A stretch of 64,000 nucleotides of DNA from Octopus sinensis (Eukaryota), in the NCBI RefSeq assembly GCF_006345805.1, contig NC_043018.1, forward strand, positions 19,034,001 through 19,098,000. The letters run 5' to 3'. Shown one piece after another: positions 1 through 10,564 of this stretch (position 1 is its first letter; every line of letters begins with the position of its first letter). The notes under the pieces were generated by a model. That model was not told the DNA's origin. It searched no databases and worked only from the letters and a program-made list of their open reading frames with translations. The position numbers were made by a program, and so were the translations under genes.

Positions 1-1284
1 GAGCGCCTTACAAGAAGTCTGCTGCCCCTCCACAAAAAGCGAAAGAGCATGCGTTCCAGTTTGTTCAGCCACGAATCGGGGCAAGGCACTTCGGTTAGGC
101 GGTAAGTGATTACAGAGGCGATAAACACTTCTGCAACCTCCGCCCTCCCTTTCAAGGACAGTTTCCGCTCAGACCATGTCTGAGTTAGGAGAGCCACCTT
201 TCTCGCCACCTCGCTCCAGTTCTTCTCTATCTGGAGATCTGGACCTAACCAGATCCCAAGCATTTTCACCGGTCCTTCCGTCCAACGTCCTACGACGCTG
301 TCGGAAGACATCGACCTGCCCCTCCATGTGCCGAGTTGCAAGCCGACCGATTTATCCCGGTTGACTTTCGCTCCTGCCACCGCTTCGTAGTGCCTTAAGG
401 CCTCACCCACCCACTGTAGGTGCTCGACTCGGGAAACGATGACGGTGATGTCGTCCGCATACGCCGAAGCTGACTTTCCGCACCCTAGATCTTGCGGGGT
501 GCCTCTCATAGTTTCCAACCTCCTCAGCAACGGCTCGAGGGCCAAAACGTAGAGAAGCGGGGAGAGAGGACACCCTTGACGTACCGAACGTTCAATGCTG
601 AACGGCTCCGAAAGGAAACCATTTACCCGAACTACCGATTCGATGTTGCTGTATAAAGCGATGATCCATCCGCGGAAGGTCGGGCCGAAGCCAGCCGCCG
701 CGAGGACCGCCGCCAGATACTGATGGTCCACCCTATCAAACGCTTTCGATTGGTCCAAGTGGACCATAGCCCCCACCCTTGCCAGGAATCCTATTTACTC
801 TTTCTAAGGCATAGCGTAGAAAGTGGAGATTGTCGTGGATGGTCCTTCCAGGGATGGCGCAAGTTTGCGCCTCGCCAACAAGTTCACCCACGACCCTCGC
901 CAACCTTTTTGCTAAGACCTTGGCCAAGATCTTCAACTCTGCGTTAAGCAGAGTGATAGGCCGGAAATTATCAATTAAATCCCCCTTGTTTGGGTCCTTT
1001 CTTAACAGCGCTACCACCCCTCGGCTCACAGACTTAGGAATTCTCCCGTTCTGCTGCCAGTTGGTGTACACGCATGCAAATAGGTGCCCAAACAAGTCTG
1101 GCATGCTACTATAGAGTTCGTAAGGCAGACCATCGAGTCCCGGCGATTTGTCCCCGCAGCAGTCTGCCAACATATCCACGACTTCTTTGGCTGTGATCGG
1201 CGCCTCACAAGATTCCGCGTCCGGCCCCGATAGACGCGGCGAACCGGCTAGGAAGTCTGCGAGCTTCTCCCCGCGCTCCAGCCC

Positions 1285-1287
<3 letters not shown>
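1..1287 (-). mobile_element. Tx1-group L1-clade non-LTR retrotransposon, RT region (5'-truncated; 3' part runs off the window)
   Basis: ORF 736-1179 (KSPGLDGLPYELY, NFRPITLLNAELKILAKVLAKRL). After a +1 frameshift in a G-run near 770, manual translation continues LDQSKAFDRVDH, VRQGCPLSPLLY, AYADDITV, GAKVNRDKS, LSLKGR with no stop to base 1. Confidence 0.93.
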
Positions 1288-1335
<48 letters not shown>

Positions 1336-1368
1336 CAGAGAGAGAGACAGAGAGAGAGAGACAGAGAG
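1287..1368. repeat. (GA)n/(GACA) microsatellite at the Tx1 5' junction
   Basis: Direct sequence. Confidence 0.95.
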
Positions 1369-1673
1369 ATGGAACCTTCACGCTGAATATAAATGAACCG
1401 TAATTTCTGAACACCTATTAGATAATAGGCAGTTACCTCCCTTGATGATGTAGAGTTATTTCTCTTGGATGTTGCGTAAATTTTCCTATTTTTCTATGGA
1501 TATTCCTAGTCATCTCGCTAAACCCCTTCAACTACTCGAGACCCAGTTTTTAGGTGCGAAATTACCAATTGTACACTGATCCACACTAAATTAAGATCTT
1601 TCATCACTATTTTATAATAAATTATGTTAAATTATGTTACAAGCACCAACATATTATTATTATTATTATTATT

Positions 1674-2179
1674 CTATGTTTGACTTTTGCTTTATATTTG
1701 TACAAGTTGGCTCCAAGTCTTACCCAGAGACCTCAAGAGACAACAGGTTGGAAGTTCATCTTGTTGTTATGCCTAGTGTGCCATATATTTTTTTGGGGGG
1801 GGGGAGTTTTTGGTGTTGTACTAATGAATGTCTAAAAAAAAAAAATTTTTTTAAATAAAATAATTTTTTTTCTTTTTTTAAAAAAAAAAACCCGGAAATT
1901 ATGTTTGTTTTAAACCTTGAGATTACATAGAAAGTATTTTGCGTAGGATATGAGCAGTTCCCATGAGCACTATCTTTTGAATTTCTGCCATTTTTGGGTT
2001 TCCTGGTATCTGAATTAGGTAGCTATCAGCCCCTTTTGCTATCATTCCCAGGGCACCTATGACAACAGGTATTGTTTTAGTCTTCAGGTTCCACATTTTG
2101 CTGATTTCTATTTCAAGATCTTTATATTTGCTCAGTTTTTGGTAGGTCTTGACAGATATTAGTTTTTGGTAGGTCTTAT

Positions 2180-2181
<2 letters not shown>
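1674..2181 (-). mobile_element. Dong/R4-clade LINE 3' fragment (subfamily 2)
   Basis: Minus translation KLSKYKDLEIEISKMWNLKTKTIPVVIGALGMIAKG...VLMGTAHILRKILSM*, then a 3' UTR ending in (TAA)n at 1652-1673. Confidence 0.85.
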
Positions 2182-2215
<34 letters not shown>

Positions 2216-2218
<3 letters not shown>

Positions 2219-3528
2219 TAGTATATTTTTTATAGCGTGCTTTCACTTCACTACCGAACGCAGCTCTGTGTGCCTTGGATATGTGCTGTGATTTGTTGTG
2301 ATGCTCTGATGGTTATTGTATGGAAAGTGTTCTGCGTAGGATGTGTGCAGTGCCTAGTAGTGCAATTTTTCTGTATGTTATATGTGTTTGTAAGTCCTGG
2401 TGTTTTTGTTATGTATTTGTCTGGATATTTTTTTATCATGCCTAATGCACCTATTATGATAGGAATAGTTTCTGCTTTTAGATTCCACATTCTGGTTACC
2501 TCTATTTCCAGGTCTTTGTATTTTGAAAGTTTCTCCATTTCTTTTAGAGACACATTGTCATCCGCCTGTATTGATACATCAATTAGAAACATTTTTTTTT
2601 CTTCATGATCTCTGGTCTGTTGGCCTTAATTTCTCTATCTGTGTGTATTGGCATTTCTCGTTTTCTGTGACCTTTTCTGGTGTGTGCCTATACCATCTTT
2701 TTTTCTGTTGTTATTCCATAATGTTGGCATAGCTTCCAGTGTATGTAGGTTCCAACTCTGTCATGTCTGTGAATATATTCCTTCTTAGCCAGGACTGGGC
2801 AGCTAGAGATAATATGATTTATTGTTTCTTGTCCATCTCCACATATTCTGCAGTTACTTGTTATATTTCTTTTCATTACATGTTTTTGGTAATTTCTGGT
2901 GGGGAGGCTTTGGTCTTGTGCTGCAATTAAAAATCCTTCTGTCTCTGCTTAGAGTCCTGAGCTTCTCAACCATTGCTGGGATTTTTCTTTGTCTATTTCT
3001 TTTGCGTTTAGTTTAGTCCAGTATTTACCATGAAGGGGCTTTTCTTGCCATCGTTTTATCATGGTTCGTTGCTGTTCTATTTTTAGTTTGGATTTAATTT
3101 GTTTTATAGCTTTTGTTGTTTCTTCATCTTCTTCTTCTTCTTCTTCTTCTTCTTCTTCTTCTTCTTCTTCTTCTTCTTCTTCTTCTTCATATTTGTTAGG
3201 TGGTATGATTTCTTGTTTGTATTTGTCAGCTTCCTTAAATACTGAGAACAGTTTTTTGTTTTGCTCGTGTTTTGCCGCTATTTGTATCAGTTTTCCTTCC
3301 TTCTGAAGTAGATATTTTTGCAGTCCTATGGTGGTTATTTTATAGTAGTTTTCCAGCTGTATAAGGCCTCTACCACCATCTATACGTTGTATATATAGCC
3401 TTTCTATGTCAGATTTTGGGTGATGCATCCTAGATCCTGTCATTATTTTTCTTGTTTTCCTATCTATTTTGGTCAATTCATTTAGTGTCCAGTTAAGGAT
3501 ATTGTAGCTGTAACTCATAACTATAACC
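2216..3528 (-). mobile_element. Dong/R4-clade LINE (RT C-terminus, CCHC knuckle, REL endonuclease), 5'-truncated and frameshifted
   Basis: ORFs 2949-3518 (HPKSDIERLYIQRIDGGRGL, KPLHGKY), 2688-2876 (CRICGDGQETINHIISSC, HRHDRV) and 2251-2592 (IDVSI, EKLSKYKDL, PIIIGALG); (TAA)n on both sides (2182-2215, 3529-3556). Confidence 0.92.
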
Positions 3529-3556
3529 TATTATTATTATTATTATTATTATTATT

Positions 3557-3630
3557 CAAGTCACTTCCTGGAATCAAACTCGGAATCTCGGGGTTAGTAG
3601 CCCATGCTCTTAACCCCTACGCCATATGCT
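3557..3630 (-). mobile_element. Very short tRNA-derived SINE with (TAA)n tail
   Basis: Minus strand TGGCGTAGGGGTTAAGAGC (A-box-like) ... GAGTTTGATTCC (B-box-like), then AATAATAAT. Confidence 0.6.
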
Positions 3631-3649
3631 CATGGGCATATGAATAATA

Positions 3650-3809
3650 ATCATCATCATCATCATCATCATCGTTTAGCGTCTGCTTTCCATGCTGGCA
3701 TGGGTTGGACGGTTCAACTGGGGTCTGGGAAGCCAGAAGGCTGCACCAGGCCCAGTTTGATCTGGCAATGTTTCTACGGCTGGATGCCCTTCCTAACGCC
3801 AACCACTCC

Positions 3810-3810
<1 letters not shown>
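3650..3810 (-). mobile_element. 3' end of RTE-type retroposon (family A) with (GAT)n tail
   Basis: GGAGTGGTTGGCGTTAGGAAGGGCATCCAGCC...GCATGGAAAGC.GACGCTAAACGATGATGAT, recurring more than 10 times in the window. Confidence 0.85.
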
Positions 3811-3845
<35 letters not shown>

Positions 3846-3854
3846 TTGAAAAAT

Positions 3855-4195
3855 ACCTTAGGAATGAAAACCCAGGTTCAAAATTTCCCCAAGACCCCTG
3901 AAGAAGACTGGAGGGTATATCAGCCGAAATGCTGTGTTAACAACAAACGAGATGAAGAAAAATATCCGTCAAATGTAAATAATGTAAATAATGTACATAA
4001 TTCCTCATCTCTTGAAAATAGAACTTTTTTTTCACACTTTTTTCTCTCCTTGTTTTTTCTGTGTCCCTTTCTGTAGAAGAGCATAGGCTCGAAATGTAAA
4101 AGACTTTTTCTATTCCTGAGCGTTATACTAATACATCTGTTTGTTTTGTACACCACCTGTCTTCGTCTTTTGTTTTTTTCGTAAACTCTCCTTAA
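3855..4195 (+). mobile_element. Two adjacent Penelope-type terminal fragments with hammerhead-like motifs
   Basis: CTGAAGAAGACTGG...CAGCCGAAAT (about 3899-3934) and CTGTAGAAGAGCATAGGCTCGAAATGTA (4071-4098); the second family recurs near 20520-20670. Confidence 0.5.
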
Positions 4196-4222
4196 AGTAA
4201 AGTTAGTTCATCAATTGGATCT

Positions 4223-4610
4223 GGATGGAAGCACTCCATCGGTTATGACGACGAGGGTTCCGGTTGATCCGAATCAACGGAACAGCCTGCTCGTGAAATT
4301 AACGTGTAAATGGCTGAGCACTCCACATACACGTGTACCCTTAACGTAGTTCTCGGGGATATTCAGCGTGACACAGAGAGTGACAAGGCCGGCCCTTTGA
4401 AATACAGGTACAACAGAAACAGGAAGTAAGAGTTAGAGAAAGTTGTGGTGAAAGAGTACAGCAGGGATCACCACCATCCCCTGCCGGAGCCTCGTGGAGC
4501 TTTTGAGGTGTTTTCGCTCAATAAACACTCACAACACCCGGTCTGGGAATCGAAACCACGATCCTATGACCGCGAGTCCGCTACCCTAACCACTGGGCCA
4601 TTGCGCCTCC
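4223..4610 (-). mobile_element. tRNA-derived SINE (family C), full length with TSD
   Basis: Head GGAGGCGCAATGGCCCAGTGGTTAGGG...GGTTTCGATTCCC; 12-bp TSD TCAATTGGATCT at 4211-4222 and 4611-4622. Confidence 0.92.
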
Positions 4611-4870
4611 TCAATTGGATCTATATCAGTATTGTATAGCAGAGAAATTCTTCATGAGCTGTAAGTGCTGAGCTGAAATCTCCTTGGTGAATTTTCTTGA
4701 GAAGATGAATAAAAACAATATATTATGGGACACCTTCCACAACCATCATCATCACCAGCTTCTAGCTTAACCTGCTAATATTGGCGCCTGTCTCCAAGTA
4801 AACCAAGACGTTTGTCTATGTTACCAGAGTCAGATAAGCATTTATCATTAGCAAAAAAATAAGCCTTCTT

Positions 4871-5022
4871 TCGTGACGTATATATGCCCTTTAAATATGG
4901 CTAACCCCTAAGGGCGGATGCTACTGTAGTTTGTAGCCTCAGCAGGACACCTGGGGCTACAAACTACAGTAGCATCCACCCTTAGGGTTTAGCCATATTT
5001 AAATGGCAAATATACGTCACGA
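4871..5022. mobile_element. ~150-bp palindromic (foldback/MITE-like) element
   Basis: Arms of about 68 bp, TCGTGACGTATAT...GTAGCC / GGCTAC...ATATACGTCACGA, with few mismatches. Confidence 0.7.
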
Positions 5023-5224
5023 TGTGTTGCAGCTACTGTTTATAACTCGCTCTAAGATTTATTATTGCAAGCCTTCTTTTATTCCACAAGAATTCATGAA
5101 AGCAGTCATGGGTATGTTAAGGGGTCAGCTAAAATTCCCTGCCCCTCATCTACGTATTTATCATTCAGTGTCAATGTGATGGGACCACATACAAATATGC
5201 CAAGCGCATGGTGTGTAAATTTGT

Positions 5225-5370
5225 GAGTGAACGAAGGGAGACAACTCTTGGTCTTTCCAAGTTGCAAGGCAACCTCTTTGATGCTGGTGTCATTACAGAG
5301 TGAACGAAGGGAGACAACTCTTGGTCTTTCCAAGTTACAAGGCAACCTCTTTGATGCTGGTGTCATTACA
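5225..5370. repeat. 73-bp tandem duplication
   Basis: GAGTGAACGAAGG...CATTACA starts at 5225 and 5298. Confidence 0.9.
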
Positions 5371-5505
5371 ACACATCCAGTCCACCACTCTGTAAAAGTG
5401 GGGGGTGGGGGTGGAGCAAATGAAGAAAGATATTGTAAAGGAGAAATGAGTTTTTACTCTTGTCAAGGCTAAGACTAGCTTTCTGGTGCTGGTGAGATGA
5501 TAAAC

Positions 5506-6646
5506 GGTATCTCCTGCTTGGAGATACCGGCGAGCTGGCAGAAACGTTAGCACGCCGGGCGAAATGTGTAACCGTATTTCGTCTGCCGTTACGTTCTTGA
5601 GTTCAAATTCCGCCGAGGTCGACTTTGCCTTTCATCCTTTCGGGGTCGATAAATTAAGTACCAGTTACGCACTGGGGTCGATGTAATTGACTTGATCCGT
5701 TTGTCTGTCCTTGTTTGTCCCCTCTGAGTTTAGCCCCTTGTGGGTAATAAAGAAATAGGTATCTACTGCTTGGAGATACCGGCGAGGTGGCAGAAACGTT
5801 AGCACGCCGGGCGAAATGTGTAACCGTATTTCGTCTGCCGTTACGTTCTTGAGTTCAAATTCCGCCGAGGTCGACTTTGCCTTTCATCCTTTCGGGGTCG
5901 ATAAATTAAGTACCAGTTACGCACTGGGGTCGATGTATTTGACTTGATCCGTTTGTCTGTCCTTGTTTGTCCCCTCTGAGTTTAGCCCCTTGTGGGTAAT
6001 AAAGAAATAGGTATCTACTGCTTGGAGATACCGGCGAGGTGGCAGAAACGTTAGCACGCCGGGCGAAATGTGTAACCGTATTTCGTCTGCCGTTACGTTC
6101 TTGAGTTCAAATTCCACCAAGGTCGACTTTGCCTTTCATCCTTTCGGAGTCGATAAATTAAGTACCAGTTACGCACTGGGGTCGATGTAATCGACTTGAT
6201 CCATTTGTCTGTCCTTGTTTGTCCCCTCTGTGTTTAGCCCCTTGTGGGTAGTAAAGAAATAGGTATTTCGTCTGCCACAACGTTCTGTGTTTAAATTCCT
6301 CCGAGGTCGACTTTGCCTTTCATCCTTTCGGGGTCGATAAATTAAGTACCAGTTACGCACTGGGGTCGATGTAATCGACTTGATCCGTTTGTCTGTCCTT
6401 GTTTGTCCCCTCTGAGTTTAGCCCCTTGTGGGTAGTAAAGAGATAGGTATTTCGTCTGCCACAACGTTCTGAGTTCAAATTCCGCCGAGGTCGACTTTGC
6501 CTTTCATCCTTTCGGGGTCGATAAATTAAGTACCAGTTACGCACTGGGGTCGATGTAATCGACTTGATCCGTTTGTCTGTCCTTGTTTGTCCCCTCTGAG
6601 TTTAGCCCCTTGTGGGTAGTAAAGAAATAGGTATCTCCTGCTTGGA
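5506..6646 (+). mobile_element. Head-to-tail array of tRNA-derived SINE family E (3 x 252 bp + 2 x 184 bp)
   Basis: GGTAT junctions at 5506, 5758, 6010, 6262, 6446 and 6630; A-box TGGCAGAAACGTT, B-box GAGTTCAAATTCC; flank GGTATCTCCTGCTTGGA at both ends. Confidence 0.92.
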
Positions 6647-6835
6647 TATATAGACGGGGGTTGGTGATAAGGAAACATCAAATGGTAAAGTCCAAACCCA
6701 AAAGAGAATGTATGATTGAGATGAGGGTCCCCAATCCATCTAAAAAGGGTAATAATTCAAAATAGGGGCTCACACTGTGAAGACAATGTCCTATACAAAT
6801 CATGCCAGTATAGAAAAAGAGATGTGAAATGGAAT

Positions 6836-7230
6836 GATGATGATGATGGTGGCGGTGGTGGTAGAGGTGGTGGTGGTGGTGATGATGGTGATGATGATGG
6901 TGGTGGTCATGATGGTGGTGGTGTTGATGACAACAACGATGATGATGGTAATGATGATGAGGATGATGATGATGATGATGATGAGGAGGAGGAGGAGGAT
7001 AATGATGATGATGGTGGTGGTGGTGAGGATGATGGTGATGATGATGAGGAGGATAATGATGATGGTGGTGGTGGTGGTGGTGATGATAATGGCGATGATG
7101 ATGGTGATGATGATGGTGATGAAGACAACAACGATGATGGGGATGATGGTGATGACGATGGCGAGGAAGACAGTGACAGCAACAACAACGACAATGGTGG
7201 TGAAGATGAAGATGCTGATTACGTCGATGA
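6836..7230. repeat. Compound (GAT/GGT/GAG)n microsatellite
   Basis: Direct sequence; source of the poly-D/G/M/S ORFs. Confidence 0.95.
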
Positions 7231-7876
7231 ATGCAAGATAACGTTATCCAGTGTTTCCCATCAGCTGCAGCCAGTCACTCAAGTATAGAAGATGTAAAAC
7301 TCTGCTGTGTCTCCTTTTTATCCCCCTTTCAGTCACTGTGTGACTGCAGATCCTGGTACCAACCACAAAGCAACATACGTATTAGATTAGAACTAACATT
7401 AAATGCAATGATCATCAAAATACTATTTAAAAATATTTATGTAGCATCGAATAAAGAAGGCATTAACTTTATAACCAATATCATTGTTTAATAATTTTAG
7501 TAAGTATGGAAGACAACTCAATGCATGTGTCAACCTTATGAAGCCTCTTCAGCAAAGCATGGACTGGAGTAATTATGAGACAATTATCAGGCAGATATAT
7601 TTTTTAAATGTTTTTTCTCGGAGGAAGAACAACTGTGTCCATGACTTTTCCAGGGGCCCAGAGACTGTTGGGAGAAAAAGTAGCAGCCATGACTTTTTCT
7701 GGAGTCTTCCATGATTGGCAGGAGGAAGACTAGCTTCATTGCCCCTTCATTAATCCTCTTAAAATTCTTTGAATATATCTTACTGTACCATGCATAAAGT
7801 GTAATGTTAATAGGATGAAGATTAAATCCAAAAAAGTGACGAACGTGATTTTATTTAACAGATACCCGTACAAGTC

Positions 7877-8580
7877 AATAATAATAATAATGAAATTATT
7901 GTATACAGTGCTCAGGTGCACCACAACTTGTCAGAAAGTGCATATAAAGTACATGCAGTAATATAGAAATGTCTGGAAAGTGAACAATGTATGAGTCAGA
8001 TACATGCTTGTGTGTGTATGGAGGGGAGAAAATCAGATGTAGTGTTGGCGAATCTCAGAAAGCATGGAAGTTTTGAAGGATGCAGTGCTCCGACAACTAA
8101 CAACTGATGCCGGCAGTTTGTTCCATGCTTCAGCAACTCTCAGCGTGAAAAAATGTTTCCTGAAGTCATGGGAGCTGTGCTGTTTTCTGACTTTGTAAAT
8201 ATGTCCACGGGTGTTAGATGGGTGGAGTTTGAAAAGGTATGGAGGGGAGAAAATCAGATGTAGTGTTGGCAAATCTCAGAAAGCATGGAAGTTTTGAAGG
8301 ATGCAGTGCTCCGACAACTAACAACTGATGCCGGCAGTTTGTTCCATGCTTCAGCAACTCTCAGCATGAAAAAATGTTTCCTGAAGTCATGGGAGCTGCA
8401 CTGTTTTCTGACTTTGTAAATATGTCCACGGGTGTTAGATGGGTGGAGTTTGAAAAGGTATGGAGGGGAGAAAATCAGATGTAGTGTTGGCAAATCTCAG
8501 AAAGCATGGAAGCTTTGAAGGATGCAGTGCTCCGACAACTAACAACTGATGCCGGCAGTTTGTTCCATGCTTCAGCAACT
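7877..8580 (-). mobile_element. CR1-clade LINE 3' end with 221-bp internal tandem repeats
   Basis: ORFs 8033-8272 and 8254-8493 (NTRGHIYKVRK, FFTLRVAEAWNKLPASVV); repeat starts at 8020, 8241 and 8462. Confidence 0.88.
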
Positions 8581-9119
8581 CTATTTCAAAAGCAAAGTAT
8601 GTTTAATCTTGATCAATCAACATAAAATGTTTAAGAACAAAACTATTTCTAACACACCGTGTATAAATTAACCAACTTCAAAAATAGGGTCCATATACTC
8701 AGTGCAGGGTACATTATGCTGCACAATAGTGCACAGTGTTCCCAGATTTCTTAAGATGCCGGGTTTCTGAAAGCTGGCTAAAATGTCCTTCACTATATAA
8801 TATTTGAAGAACTCTGCTAAGTAAGGGAGATAACTGCTATCATGTTCAGCTCATCTGAAATTAAAACTGTTACTGTTTATTCTCTTAGTAATTGTTGAAA
8901 ACCTTTGTTAACACACACACAAAAAAAAAAGAACACACACACAAAAAAAAAAGAACACACACACAAAAAGCAAAATGTTTCTCATTTGTCTGTGTTGTAT
9001 TGAGCAGATTGAGGTCATCGAATGTTTTTAAAGGAAATTACATTTTTATGAAAATTACTGTGAGCTAAGAAAGATAGCTTTTATTTGTACACTTGCCACA
9101 CCTTTTCACATGCACCAAT

Positions 9120-9392
9120 ACACACACACTCAAACACACACACACACTCACACACAAATATATACATGTGTATGTCTGTGTGTGAATAGCTACACACTCA
9201 TATATGCATATATTTAGAGAAAGATATATATATATATATATATAAATACATACATACGTACATACATACATAAACATTATATATATATATATATTTAGAG
9301 AGAGAGAGAGAGAAAGGGAGAGAGATATATACTTACATACATATACATACATATATATATGTATGAGTGTGTATATATATATATATACACAT

Positions 9393-9427
<35 letters not shown>

Positions 9428-9495
9428 CATATACGTACACACACACACTCATATATATATATATATACATATACGTACACACACACACACATATA
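9120..9495. repeat. Compound (CA)/(TA)/(GA) microsatellites
   Basis: Direct sequence. Confidence 0.9.
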
Positions 9496-9904
9496 TTCAT
9501 AATATTTAATGTTTTTAGTCATTGGTCTGTGATCCCCTCGGTGAAGCATATCTTAAACTGTTTGGGTTTTTTTTTGTCAAGTACATAAACTCCAGCTCTT
9601 ATCCTCATTTTATAGATTTCTGTTCATCAAATCTCAAAGTCAACCTGTTTTAGATAACAACAACTCTTCAGTGACGTAAAGACCTATAAAGTATTTATAC
9701 CAATTAATATTAGTATACACAAATACAGACATACACCTATACATACATACATACATAGCAGCTGCTTTCTCATATAGGAGCAAAGCCATTGCTAGAAAGA
9801 ACCAGTGAAGCGAGTCATTGATGACACAATGTGAGGCCCTTGCCTGACTCTTGATCCATGCCAAAGATTTGTACATTCTCAAAAGCAAACTCGATGAACA
9901 TTAA

Positions 9905-10250
9905 TGGAATTTGTAGTTTTGTGGTACCAGTGCCGGTGGCACATACGAAAACCATCCGAACGTGGCCGTAGCCAGTACCGCATTGACTGGCCTCCGTGCC
10001 GGTGGCACATAAAAAGCACCATCCGACCGTGGCCGTTCACCAGCCTCGTCTGGCACCTGTGTCGGTGGCACATAAAATCACCCACTACACTCTCGGAGTG
10101 GTTGGCGTTAGGAAGGGCATCCAGCTGTAGAAACACTGCCAGATCAGACTGGGCCTGATGCGGCCTTCTGGCTTCCCAGACCCCTGTTGAACCGTCCAAC
10201 CCATGCTAGCATGGAAAGTGAACGTTAAGCGATGATGATGATGATGATCA
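9905..10250 (+). mobile_element. Family A RTE-type 3' UTR copy with a few internal repeat units
   Basis: GGTGGCACATAAAAAGCACC units followed by the family A tail and (GAT)n. Confidence 0.85.
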
Positions 10251-10564
10251 TTGCATAATGCACATCTCTGCTGGTTGGCAGAGGGAAGATGCGTCACAGT
10301 ATGGAGTCTTTTTGTGTCTTTTCAATCCTCCAACTGAGTCACACCTTTCCACAGGTTGTATGTGTTCTGTTGTGAACAATAGCCGTATCACAATTTGCAA
10401 TCAGTTGATTCTTATGAGATCTCTCGTGCCTAACAAGGGCCTGCGTGACTCAAGCATTTCCTCCCACAAACCACGCACACACACAAAAAGCAACACTCCC
10501 TCATTCTCGACAGGTTCATTCTTTCTAAGCCTTCTCCTAATCTTCTCATGCTTTATTTTCTCTC

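Noticed and set aside
5506-6646. CRISPR-like regular repeats here and at 10.6-11.5 kb and 26.2-27.3 kb
   Set aside because: Whole units repeat with no unique spacers, there are no cas genes, and the context is eukaryotic
6824-7288. Acidic, poly-Met and poly-Ser ORFs
   Set aside because: Translations of a GAT/GGT microsatellite
7500-7740. Weak mariner-like KVMA/GKVMDTV motif on the minus strand
   Set aside because: Too short and degenerate to support
8700-8846. Good minus-strand acceptor TTTTAATTTCAG near 8846
   Set aside because: Stops in all three frames within 13 codons, and no homology recognised
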